A stretch of DNA of 64,000 bases. Origin: an uncultured delta proteobacterium (GTDB lineage: Bacteria > Desulfobacterota > Desulfobacteria > Desulfobacterales > JAHEIW01). The notes under the pieces are model-generated. The model made no database searches, was not told the DNA's origin, and worked only from the letters and a program-made list of their open reading frames with translations. The position numbers and the translations under genes are program-made. How positions within the stretch are numbered: the first letter of the stretch is position 1; every line of letters starts with the position of its first letter. The stretch covers positions 192,001 to 256,000 of the forward strand of contig CAVPNL010000012.1 of the NCBI GenBank assembly GCA_963706575.1, read 5' to 3'. Positions 10,485 to 20,023 of this stretch are shown piece after piece.

Positions 10485-11639
10485 ATGAGATTTCAATTTT
10501 CCACGGCCAATCAAATCTTTTTTGGTTCCGGTACCGTCAACCGTGTTGCCCCGCTGGCGGCTGAGAGGGGAAGCCGGCCCCTGGTGTTGACCGGTGGCAA
10601 CCCAGAAAGGGCGTCCAAGTTGATGGATGCCCTGATGACGGCGGGGATGAATATTACCGGGTACCCGATAACCACAGAACCCACCGTCGATACGGCCCTT
10701 GAGGCGGTGCACAGCGCCCGCCGCGCTGAATGTGACCTGGTCATCGGTATCGGCGGCGGCAGTGTGATTGACACGGGAAAAGTCGTTGCCGCCTTAATCA
10801 CCAATAGCGGCCGACTGGCGGATTACCTGGAGGTTATTGGCAAGGCCCGGCCACTTTTACATCCGTCTGCCCCGTACATCGCCATACCGACCACGGCCGG
10901 AACCGGATCAGAAGTGACCCGCAATGCCGTGCTGGGTTCACCACAGCACCGGGTCAAAGTCAGCATGCGCAGTCCGTTCATGCTGCCGGATCTGGCGGTG
11001 ATTGATCCCGATTTGACGCTTTCTTTACCGTCCGCAATCACGGCTGTAACCGGCCTGGATGCCTTCACCCAGCTCATGGAAGCATTTGTCTCCAATCAGT
11101 CCAATGCCCTAACCGACGGAATCTGCCGTGAAGGGCTGCAGCGCGTTGCCCATTCGCTGCAACGGGCCTATGCGGATGGAAGCGACCGCAGGGCCCGCGA
11201 AAATATGTGCCTGGCCAGTCTTTTTAGCGGAATGGCCCTGGCCAACGCAAAACTGGGAGCGGTCCACGGCATTGCCGGTCCACTGGGCGGTATGATTTCC
11301 GGCGCCCACGGGGCCATCTGCGCGGCATTGCTGCCCGATGTCATGGACACCAATATTAAGGCCCTGCGCAAACGCGCAGCGGATTCACCGTTGCTGGCGC
11401 GCTACAATGAACTCGCACACATTCTGACCCGACGCACTAAAGCCCGGGCTGAAGACGGCATATCGTGGGTAAGGGATCTATGTCAGACGCTTCAGGTCAA
11501 ATCACTGGCGCAATTAGGTCTGAGCAGCGCCGATTTTACGGACGTGGTGGCCAAGTCTCTGAAAGCCAGCAGCATGCAGGGCAATCCAATTCGCTTAACC
11601 GAAGAAGAATTACTGGAAATTCTGCAAATGGCCCTTTAG
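10485..11639 (+). CDS. Iron-containing alcohol dehydrogenase
   Basis: GGGSVID, PTTAGTGSEVT, LGAVHG...HG. Start placed at MRFQFST. Confidence 0.93.
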   Translation: MRFQFSTANQIFFGSGTVNRVAPLAAERGSRPLVLTGGNPERASKLMDALMTAGMNITGYPITTEPTVDTALEAVHSARRAECDLVIGIGGGSVIDTGKVVAALITNSGRLADYLEVIGKARPLLHPSAPYIAIPTTAGTGSEVTRNAVLGSPQHRVKVSMRSPFMLPDLAVIDPDLTLSLPSAITAVTGLDAFTQLMEAFVSNQSNALTDGICREGLQRVAHSLQRAYADGSDRRARENMCLASLFSGMALANAKLGAVHGIAGPLGGMISGAHGAICAALLPDVMDTNIKALRKRAADSPLLARYNELAHILTRRTKARAEDGISWVRDLCQTLQVKSLAQLGLSSADFTDVVAKSLKASSMQGNPIRLTEEELLEILQMAL

Positions 11640-11775
11640 CACAACTGCAGAAACAGCCGGATGGCGGCAGAAATTGCCGGAGGCCAAACGCTTAAAGCGG
11701 TAACTTGAAGGCGGGAATTTGCCGGATTTTTGCCTTTACACCGTAAAATTTTATCGACACCAGGCGATAACCGGT

Positions 11776-12051
11776 TTACCTGAAGACAAACGGTGGTGAG
11801 TCGTCGTCCATGGTTACATGTTTTTTTGCGCGGTTGGGAGGCTTCATATCTTTTTTGATCTTGGGGCGGCCAGCACCTGCGAATAATCCTGAAAGGGTAT
11901 AATGGACAAACCGATACAGCAACCGTAAGAAATTCAATACCAAATAAAACAGGCCCATACCGAACGCCACCTGCACGAAGGTGGGCTGCGTTGAAGTCCA
12001 AAGGCTGAATGCGTTCCAAACTTCTGCCAGCCAATTTAAGGTAAGATCCAT
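11776..12051 (-). CDS. Small hypothetical membrane protein
   Basis: 91 aa with a hydrophobic helix and basic tail. Upstream TTGACT-17-TATCAG overlaps the island att core. Confidence 0.6.
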   Translation of the reverse strand: MDLTLNWLAEVWNAFSLWTSTQPTFVQVAFGMGLFYLVLNFLRLLYRFVHYTLSGLFAGAGRPKIKKDMKPPNRAKKHVTMDDDSPPFVFR

Positions 12052-12366
12052 CTTTTAATTCTTTCCTGTATGCTCTTCTGATACCGTCGTCCTGATTTAA
12101 AGTCAATATTTAATGCGTTTGCAAGTATCGGTAATTACATAAGTTATTGTTTTCATTAGAACCGACTGTATAAACGATGGAATTTATGAACCTAAAATAA
12201 ATAGTTCATGTCAGTTATGTCAGTTCTCGGTGATCATAGTTGATTTAACAATCACCACTGTTAAGATTCACTTGACTTGACAACTACCAATTATGGTATC
12301 TGTACTTTTATGAGAATTGGGATATCATCTACGTATCTGTATTTTAGCGATTTTGCATGTATTCTC

Positions 12367-12476
12367 AGAGACTGTCGAAAAACCCAAAATCCGTAAAATT
12401 GGTGTTTGTAAATTATTGATTTCATTGCATGCGAAATTACTAAAATCACCATTTTGGGACTTTTTCGACAGTCTCT
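12367..12476. mobile_element. 110-bp MITE with 16-bp perfect TIRs
   Basis: agagactgtcgaaaaa ... tttttcgacagtctct. The ends resemble IS1182/IS5-type termini (inference). Confidence 0.8.
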
Positions 12477-12787
12477 CAATATATCACCAGTGGCATTAGG
12501 CTGAAAATGAACAAATTAATTAACAAGTTTTTGCAATTAATATCTACCACAAAGTATCGCTTTCCTATTGACAAGAGTATAGTTATCAAATATCAGAGGG
12601 TCACATGTGTTCTTTTTTAAGCTTGATTTCAGTTGAAATTGTTTTCCAAATTTAATTCTCTATGCAAATCATATTTACCTGTTGAGCGACCCTTCAAACT
12701 CTATTTTTCCATTCCCGCTAAAGTTGAGAGCGCCTTCTATTTAAATTTTATCATTGGCTATTTAACCGTTCCAAAAAGGAGGAGATT

Positions 12788-13855
12788 ATGGAAATGGACG
12801 TTTACAAAAAATTGGCCGACCATCTTGATAACCTCCCAGGTGGTTTTACACCCAGCGATACTGGAGTAGAACTTCGCTTGCTTAAAAGGCTGTTCACGCC
12901 CGAAGAAGCCGAATTATCAGTACATCTGACTCTGGAACAAGAGGAAGCCAGTGCTATAGCTAACCGAGCCGGAATATCCATAGACGAAACAGAACAGAGA
13001 CTGAAAGTGATGGCTCGTAAGGGGCTCATTTTTTCTATAGAGACTGACGACAGTTCAGCGCTGTACCAAGCTGTTCCATGGATTATTGGTATCTACGAAT
13101 TCCAGGTGAACAAGTTGGATAAAGAATTTGTTGAGGATCTAAACGAATATAGAAACACAATGCGCAAAGACCCTCGACCGCAGCCATTACCACAGATGCG
13201 AACGATTCCAGTGGGTCAAAGTATTGAAGGCAATTTGGAAGTGCTCCCCTATGAACGTGCTGAAGAGCTGGTGAAAGCCCACGAAAAATATGCAGTAGCG
13301 CCTTGTATCTGTCGTCGAAAAGCCAAGCTAATGGGTTCGGGATGTGAAGCACCAGAGGAATCTTGCCTCTATTTTGGTGACTGGGCGGACTATTACGTTC
13401 GAAACGGTCTGGGACGGTACGTTGACAGGGACAATCTACTGGATATTTTGGCTAAAGCTGACAAGTCCAACTTGGTGTTGCAACCCAGCAATTCCAAGGA
13501 AATCTCTTTGCTTTGTACTTGCTGCGGCTGCTGTTGTGGTGGGCTGTTACGTCTCAAGCAGCTTCCCAAACCCTCTGAAGCAGTTGCCAGCTCTTTTGTT
13601 GCAACGGCCACACCTGAAACTTGCGATGGCTGTGGGACTTGTCTGGACCGATGCCAGATGGAAGCTCTGACTCTTGAGGATGAGCAAGTGGTCTTGAATT
13701 CGGATCGCTGTATTGGTTGTGGATTATGTGTATCAACATGCCCTACGAGCTCATTGATTTTGAAGCGTAAATCTGTGAGTAAACATGTTCCCTTGAATAT
13801 GGAAACTACTTGGAAAGAATTAAGCTTGGCACGAGCAGAAAAACAACAAGAATGA
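12788..13855 (+). CDS. 4Fe-4S dicluster-binding protein with N-terminal HTH-like region
   Basis: CICR, CTCCGCCC, CDGCGTCLDRC, CIGCGLCVSTCP. AGGAGG RBS. Confidence 0.9.
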   Translation: MEMDVYKKLADHLDNLPGGFTPSDTGVELRLLKRLFTPEEAELSVHLTLEQEEASAIANRAGISIDETEQRLKVMARKGLIFSIETDDSSALYQAVPWIIGIYEFQVNKLDKEFVEDLNEYRNTMRKDPRPQPLPQMRTIPVGQSIEGNLEVLPYERAEELVKAHEKYAVAPCICRRKAKLMGSGCEAPEESCLYFGDWADYYVRNGLGRYVDRDNLLDILAKADKSNLVLQPSNSKEISLLCTCCGCCCGGLLRLKQLPKPSEAVASSFVATATPETCDGCGTCLDRCQMEALTLEDEQVVLNSDRCIGCGLCVSTCPTSSLILKRKSVSKHVPLNMETTWKELSLARAEKQQE

Positions 13856-13909
13856 TCAATAACTTCATGTGTCGATCTTAACCAATTACCATTATTGATT
13901 TGTGTCGAA

Positions 13910-14006
13910 GGGATTCCTAATTAAACCTCTGATTACTCTCCAACATATCGGCGAAATTGACCGGCCTCCAGAAGTTGTGATATTTTCGCATATCTGTAAA
14001 ATTGAG
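13910..14006 (+). repeat. Island spacer repeat A, copy 1
   Basis: gggatt..taa..aaac..tgatt..ctccaacatatcggc...aagttgtgata...atatctg.aa aligns with 16251-16280 joined to 18396-18458. Confidence 0.7.
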
Positions 14007-14277
14007 ATAGTTGGGTTTCTCTCAATGTATCGGTAGTTGGCTGATAATTGGTTTTTTGGTAAGGTATCACCACATGTCGGAACTCCCAATATTGATTGAA
14101 AAACCCCGTCGATTCGTTTATAAATTCTATTATACAATTTCTGATGCACCACTCCAGCTAACCGGAAGCTGTTCTCCTTTTCCTGAATCGAATCTTGCTG
14201 CTGATCTGATGCTACGCTTCACTGATTGATCTACATACTTAGTTCTTTAGTTTGAAACCTTAACGAAGGGGTTTCCT

Positions 14278-16171
14278 ATGGCAGATGAAGGTTTTAAGCG
14301 CAAGCTAACCGCAATTCTCAGCGCCGATGCAGTTGGGTACAGCCGTCTCATGGCAGAAGATGAGGCTGCCACTGTAAAAACTATCGCTATCTACCGTGAA
14401 ATCATGTCATCTCTGATCAAACAGCACAGGGGTCGAGTCGTTGATTCACCAGGGGATAATGTGCTGGCCGAGTTTTCCAGTGTGGTCGACGCCAGTGCAG
14501 TGTGCTGTGGCTGTGCAAAAGGAAATTCAGGCCCGAAACGCAGAGTTGGCCGAGAACCGTAGAATGGAGTTTCGCATTGGAATCAACCTTGGGGATGTCA
14601 TTGATGAAGAAGGTCGCCTCTACGGCGATGGAGTCAACATCTCGGCCCGGCTGGAGGCACTGGCAGACCCTGGGGGTATATGCGTTTCAAAGACGGTTTT
14701 TGATCAAATCGAGACCAAACTACCGCTGGGCTATGAATATTTAGGAGAACAGTCAGTTAAAAATATACCCAAGCCGGTTGGTGCTTATCGGGTCTTGATG
14801 AAGCCTGATGATGCTGGCAAAGTGATTGGTGAAAAAAAATTTTTAGGTCGGTATTCACGCAGGACAGCGATGGCCACCATTATAATTCTGATCGTAGTAG
14901 CAGTAGGTTTAGTTAGCTGGAATATTTATCTTCAGCAATCTAAACGAGTAGAGCCAGCATCTTTAGATAGAATGGCCTATCCATTGCCAGATAAACCATC
15001 GATCGCAGTATTGCCATTTGTTAACATGAGCGACGACCCTGAGCAGGCGTATTTCAGTGACGGGATCACGGAGGATATCATCACGACCCTGTCCAAAGTC
15101 CCCAAGCTGTTCATCATCGCACGGAACTCGACATTTACATACAAGAATAGATCGGTCAAGGTTCAGCAGGTGGCAGAGGAACTGGGTGTGCGGTACGTGC
15201 TTGAAGGCAGCGTAAGGAAGGCGGGAGAAAAGATCCGTATTACGGCCCAGCTGATCGACGCCGTTAATGGCCATCACCTCTGGGCGGAACGATTTGACAG
15301 GGATCTGAAAGACATCTTCGCCCTTCAGGACGAGATCGCCATGAAGGTCCTAACCGCGCTGGAAGTTAAGTTGGTCGGGGGACATACTTCCCTTTTAATC
15401 TCAAGAGGGACCGATAACTTGGAGGCGTACCTGACTGTCTTACAGGGTCGCGAGTTTCATGAGCGCTCGAACAGGGAAAACAATTTCATGGCTCGACAAA
15501 AATTCGAGGAAGCTCTGGCCTTGGATCCCAACTATGCCGCCGCCTTCAACCTGCTTGCCCGAACCCACTTCATGGACGTCTGGCTCGGATCCAGTAAATC
15601 CCCCAAGGCGTCGCTCATAACGGCCATTGATCTAACACAGAAAGCTATTGTCTTGGACGATTCACTTGCGGATTCGCACGCACTCCTCGGCTACCTCTAT
15701 ACCCTGACGCGGCAGCACGACAAGGCGATTGCGCAGGGGGAGCGGGCCGTGGAGCTCGATCCCAACTCCAGTTTAGCTTATCTTTGGCTGGGAACCAGCC
15801 TCAATTATATTGGAAGAACTGAGGAGGCCGTGGCCATGATTGAAAAGGCGATCCGCCATAACCCAATGCCCCCCAGTTCGTGGTACGTTTTCTTAGGCTC
15901 GGCCCTGTCAAACGCAGGGCGGTATGACGAGGCGGTAACCGCGTCCCGGAAGGCCGTAGAACTGTCACCAAACAACATTTTCGCACAACTCGCACTGGTG
16001 TTGTCTTGCAATCTGGGCAGCCGCGATGAGGAGGCCCGTTCCGCAGCGGCCGAGGTCCTCCGGATACAGCCGAATTTCTCAGTAGATAATTTCGCTAAGA
16101 GAATGCCCTATAAAGACCCGGCGGACATGCAACGGATAGTGAAAGCGTGGCGCAAGGCGGGGCTGAAGTGA
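14278..16171 (+). CDS. Class III adenylate/guanylate cyclase + TM + TolB-like + TPR protein, 1-nt frameshift near 14491-14494
   Basis: RKLTAILSADAVGYSRLM, GDNVLAEF, FRIGINLGD, YGDGVNISARLE, PSIAVLPFVNMS, TPRs. Removing one base at gacgccagtg restores VVDAVQCAVAVQ. Confidence 0.88.
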
Positions 16172-16368
16172 GGGAAAGCAAGGCACTACATGTTATGGCT
16201 TGGCTTATTTTCTTTAGATTGCATATATCATTAAAAATCACAGCCGTTTTGGGATTGTTAAAAACTGTGATTTCTCCAACCTGTACGACATAAAATGATA
16301 ATTGACTAAACAGTCGATCGAGGTCATTATCTACCTGTTTTTTCTGCAAAAAGCGAAAGGAGGTAGTG

Positions 16369-17448
16369 ATGAACCTCGAGCATGTGTCTGCAGGAAAAAG
16401 CACATACAGCCCCACAGCGATCCAGCCCAAAGCGATTCAACTTTCAATTTTTCCCAAAATATCTCTTCGCCCCGCCTATCATGTATCTAATGAACAGATC
16501 GAGCGCACCCTGCGGCGAATATCCGCTGAAGGGTTGTGTGGCAGCGATATGGTGCGCGATTACCTTTGCCGGCAGCTACGGCACAACTGCCGGCCCAGCA
16601 CCATTCGCAGCAGCGGAACCACTATCGTGCTATTTTTAGAGTTTTTTAAGCAAAGCGGCGGTCAGCAGTTGGCGGCAGCAGGTCCAGAGCATATCAGCGC
16701 TTTTGTTGAACATGAGCAAGATCGTGGTATGGCGCCAAACTCGGTGGATGGACGGCTAAAGGGATTGTATGCGTTTTTAAATTTTTTAGTTGAGCACGAG
16801 GTTATCAGCGCGGATGTGATCAAGCGTAAGCTTCGCATCAGGGTGCCCCAGGCCCTGCCGCGGGCCATTGATCCGGAGGATATTAAGCAGCTGTTGGCGG
16901 CAATAGAAAAGCCTCGGGATCGGGCGCTGATACTAACGCTTCTTCGCACCGGCATGCGTATCGGCGAGCTTTTAAGCACCAGGGTTAAGGATATCAATCT
17001 GCGCGAGCAACTGGTTCAGATCTTTGAAGCACATAAAAATCGGGTGGGCCGGGTGGTCTATCTTAGCGCTGATGCGGTGGGCACCTTGGAAAAATGGTTA
17101 AAGACAAGAAAATATCAGAGCAAATTTATCTTTTATGGCTATGATGTTGGACCGCTTTGCTACCAAGCGGCCCGTGCGATGTTCAAACGCTATATAGACA
17201 AAACCGGTCTGGCCCACAAGGGCTACACGCTTCACTGCCTGCGTCACACATACGCCAGTGAGCTGTTAAATGCCGGTATGCCGCTGCAATGTCTGCAGGA
17301 GCTTTTGGGTCACAAAAGCATTGAGATGACGCGCCGATATGCGCGGCTAACCGACAACACGCGTCGCAAGGCTTATTACCAGGCGATGACCATCATTGAA
17401 GCAGGAGAGATCAATGGGCATTACCGACTCGATTATCAACTACCGTAG
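16369..17448 (+). CDS. Tyrosine recombinase 1 (XerD-like, N-terminal SAM-like domain)
   Basis: TGMRIGEL, K, HCLRH, LGH, TRRY catalytic set intact. GGAGG RBS. Confidence 0.93.
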   Translation: MNLEHVSAGKSTYSPTAIQPKAIQLSIFPKISLRPAYHVSNEQIERTLRRISAEGLCGSDMVRDYLCRQLRHNCRPSTIRSSGTTIVLFLEFFKQSGGQQLAAAGPEHISAFVEHEQDRGMAPNSVDGRLKGLYAFLNFLVEHEVISADVIKRKLRIRVPQALPRAIDPEDIKQLLAAIEKPRDRALILTLLRTGMRIGELLSTRVKDINLREQLVQIFEAHKNRVGRVVYLSADAVGTLEKWLKTRKYQSKFIFYGYDVGPLCYQAARAMFKRYIDKTGLAHKGYTLHCLRHTYASELLNAGMPLQCLQELLGHKSIEMTRRYARLTDNTRRKAYYQAMTIIEAGEINGHYRLDYQLP

Positions 17449-18334
17449 ATCGTTAAAAAGGCGCAACTTCTCTAAATACACCATCAGAAATTACATGAGC
17501 ACACTGAAGCAGTTTGTCATTTGGCTGGATGTGCCCATCGATAAGGTAACCCACCAAAAGCTGGTGGGCTTTATCGATGATCTGTTGGCCAAGCGCCTGA
17601 AACCCAAGACCATCAACTGCTACCTGGACAGCATCCGCGGCTTCTATGACTACCTGATCTGTGAGGAGCAACTTAAGATGCAAAATCCGGTGAAACTCGG
17701 AGATACACTGCGCATGTCCAAGCCACTGCCGCGCTTTTTGCGAGATGAGCAGGTGCGGACGCTTTTTGCACAGATCGATGATCCAAGGGATTTGGCCATC
17801 TTCAAGCTGATGCTGCGCTGCGGCCTTAGGGTGCAAGAGGTGGCCAAGTTGACTCTTGCCTCTGTGGATTTAAAACGCGCCCAGGTGTTTGTCTACCATG
17901 GCAAGGGCGCCAAAGAACGGATGGTTTATTTAAGCAAAGATGCCTATCAGGCGCTTTTGGCCTATCTGAAGGTCAGGCCTTTCTCCCGGGCCAAAAGGCT
18001 TTTTTTGGTCAACAAGGGCCGCTTTAGAGGCCAACCGCTCAACGTTCGCGGCATCCAGCACCGTATCAAATACTACTCGAAAAAGGCGGGCTTTAAGGTC
18101 AGCTGCCACCAGCTGCGCCACACCATGGCCACCCAGATGCTCAATGCCGATGCGGATTTAGTGACCATCCAGGACCTTTTGGGCCACGCCTACATCACAA
18201 CAACCGAGCGGTATTGCCGTGTGTCGAACCAGAAAGTGCGAAGGGATTACTACCGGGCAATGGATAAAGTAATCGAGCGCCACAGCCCGGTCGGAAACAA
18301 AAGACTTGACAAAGAAGAAATTTTGATTAATTAA
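17414..18334 (+). CDS. Tyrosine recombinase 2 (XerC/D-like)
   Basis: CGLRVQE, GKGAKER, HQLRH, LGH, TERY. AGGAGA RBS before ATG 17414. Overlaps recombinase 1. Confidence 0.93.
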   Translation: MGITDSIINYRRSLKRRNFSKYTIRNYMSTLKQFVIWLDVPIDKVTHQKLVGFIDDLLAKRLKPKTINCYLDSIRGFYDYLICEEQLKMQNPVKLGDTLRMSKPLPRFLRDEQVRTLFAQIDDPRDLAIFKLMLRCGLRVQEVAKLTLASVDLKRAQVFVYHGKGAKERMVYLSKDAYQALLAYLKVRPFSRAKRLFLVNKGRFRGQPLNVRGIQHRIKYYSKKAGFKVSCHQLRHTMATQMLNADADLVTIQDLLGHAYITTTERYCRVSNQKVRRDYYRAMDKVIERHSPVGNKRLDKEEILIN

Positions 18335-18459
18335 AATGGAAGCTAACTAATTAATATTAATAGAAATAACAGGGTTTATGTCGTACAGCTCCAACATATC
18401 GGCACTTTTGAACCCCTCGCAAAAGTTGTGATACTCGTTTTATATCTGCAATCATAAGG

Positions 18460-18547
18460 GCCAAGACAGTTCCGACCATTCTAATCTAATCGAACTATTT
18501 TTCCTCTACCAACCTCCGTCCTTGAAAGCTACACTTAGCTCTGATAT
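18460..18547 (+). repeat. Island spacer repeat B, copy 1
   Basis: gccaag(a/t)cagttccgaccatt.t.atctaatc.aact...aacctc.gtcc(c)ttgaaagc...tgatat, repeated at 19492-19580. Confidence 0.85.
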
Positions 18548-18591
18548 CAATTATGTATAAAGTTGACCTTTAGAAATACAGGAGCTGCGAA

Positions 18592-19479
18592 ATGCCACTT
18601 TACAAAATCCTTCCAGACGGACAAACACTTGAAATTGTTAAGAGAAAAGAATTCTCATATGAAAAAGACCTTCATATTCTTATAGACAGGAATCTCCTCA
18701 GTTTATTGGGAATAAGGTTAATTGCGAGTGAGTACCCAATTCCAAATGGAAGAATCGACACTCTTGGACTTGATGAAGATGATATTCCTGTAATAATAGA
18801 ATATAAAAAAAAGAAGGATTTAAGCGCAATCGTTCAAGGCTTATTTTACCTTGATTGGATTATGCAGAACAAAAAGCCCTTTGGGTCGATAGTTAAAGAT
18901 AAGCTAGGCAAAAGCGTGGATGTCAACTGGTCAAAGCAGCCTCGCCTTCTCATCATTGCACAAGATTTCGATGTCAAAGAATTAACGGCTATTAATCAAA
19001 TGGGTCCAAGAATTGAGTTGGTCAAATATTCATTCTACGAAGGATTATTCAATATTGACGGTGTGAATATCGTTGAGGCCAAATCACCACCCAAAAAAGA
19101 TGAGGGCGAAAAGCCTTCTGAAGATTATACGGTTGAGCAATTGGTTAAGAAAGCAACCCCAGAAATTCAATCCCTATATATGGAATTGCGAGAGAAAATA
19201 ACCGCTATTTCTGAATCTGTGTGGGAGAAAGTTCATTCATATTATTGCGATTTCCGCACTACCTCAACTTTTACCACTGTAAATGTGCAAAAGACTCAAC
19301 TTAAGATCTTTTTAAAGATGGGTGAACGCGAGGTTGATGATCCTAAAGGTCTTACTAAACCAGTCCCTTCAAGTTGGGGCTATGGTCACTTAAATACTCA
19401 GTTCCTTATTTCAAAAACTGATGAAATTGATGACGCAATGCATTTGATAATGCAGGCTTATGATTATGTTTCAGGATAA
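18592..19479 (+). CDS. NucS/EndoMS-like PD-(D/E)XK nuclease fused to a DUF5655-like domain
   Basis: EKDL...GRIDTLGLD...VIIEYK...QGLFYLDW. C-terminal DDPKG...WGYGH...LIMQAY. Confidence 0.8.
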   Translation: MPLYKILPDGQTLEIVKRKEFSYEKDLHILIDRNLLSLLGIRLIASEYPIPNGRIDTLGLDEDDIPVIIEYKKKKDLSAIVQGLFYLDWIMQNKKPFGSIVKDKLGKSVDVNWSKQPRLLIIAQDFDVKELTAINQMGPRIELVKYSFYEGLFNIDGVNIVEAKSPPKKDEGEKPSEDYTVEQLVKKATPEIQSLYMELREKITAISESVWEKVHSYYCDFRTTSTFTTVNVQKTQLKIFLKMGEREVDDPKGLTKPVPSSWGYGHLNTQFLISKTDEIDDAMHLIMQAYDYVSG

Positions 19480-19491
19480 TTTTTAATTCGC

Positions 19492-19580
19492 GCCAAGTCA
19501 GTTCCGACCATTTTGATCTAATCAAACTTTATTACCTCATCGAACCTCAGTCCCTTGAAAGCCGCACGCACCTTTGATAT
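19492..19580 (+). repeat. Island spacer repeat B, copy 2
   Basis: Direct, degenerate copy of 18460-18547, starting 13 bp after the nuclease stop codon. Confidence 0.85.
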
Positions 19581-19721
19581 AGATGCATATCAAATAGTTC
19601 CCGCATTCTGATGTTCTCTATATATTAACATTGCTTGGTAATAAAAATGCTTAGGTTTATACAGATCCTTTTAGGGGTCACTATCCCGGCGCCGGCCAAT
19701 ATTGTTCAATTCATATTTCAA

Positions 19722-19761
19722 CAAAAAAGCCGAGTCACCCACTAATCGGGCAATCTCGGCT
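19722..19761 (-). terminator. Intrinsic terminator for the minus-strand island genes
   Basis: aaaaaagccgag ... ctcggctt hairpin with a U-run on the minus strand. Confidence 0.6.
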
Positions 19762-19828
19762 TGCTGGCTACTTTGGCCAATACCATAAGGTCTGGCCGTT
19801 TTGCTGGCTTGGTAATATGTGTAATTGA

Positions 19829-20023
19829 TTACCTTAGCTGCAATTTTCTGTTTTTAGTATGTTGCAGCTCGTAAACTCTCTCCAATTGGTCTCCCTTTAG
19901 CAACAGGGGAAATAGTCCGTCGAAGTCCTCAATGTGAAATACGAAACGCTCAGAGACTGAATCGTAATAGATCTCATAGGGCTTTCTGAATTTGCTTTTT
20001 TTAAAAACTATAGGTTTTTTCAA
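19829..20023 (-). CDS. Small hypothetical protein
   Basis: 64-aa ORF with a TTG start overlapping the upstream stop by 4 nt. Confidence 0.45.
   Translation of the reverse strand: MKKPIVFKKSKFRKPYEIYYDSVSERFVFHIEDFDGLFPLLLKGDQLERVYELQHTKNRKLQLR

Larger units (their letters stand above)
16281..18388 (+). mobile_element. Two-tyrosine-recombinase (RIT-like) element, 2108 bp
   Basis: Perfect 14-bp inverted ends ctgtacgacataaa (16281-16294) / tttatgtcgtacag (18375-18388). Flanking direct repeat ctccaac at 16274-16280 and 18389-18395. Confidence 0.88.

Noticed and set aside
13938..14016. Repeat A as an integron attC (ctccaac ... gttgggt)
   Set aside because: The L-box spacing is not canonical, the second copy lacks GTTRRRY at the matching position, and neither recombinase shows the IntI-specific insertion.
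16369..18334. Naming the recombinases xerC/xerD or treating them as the island integrase
   Set aside because: They are enclosed by their own inverted ends, interrupt a cargo spacer, lie far from the att cores and show no evident arm-binding domain.
19672..19700. ggggtcactatcccggcgccggcca as a tRNA gene
   Set aside because: At most a decayed T-arm/acceptor-like fragment. No cloverleaf can be built, and no complete tRNA or rRNA was recognised in the window.
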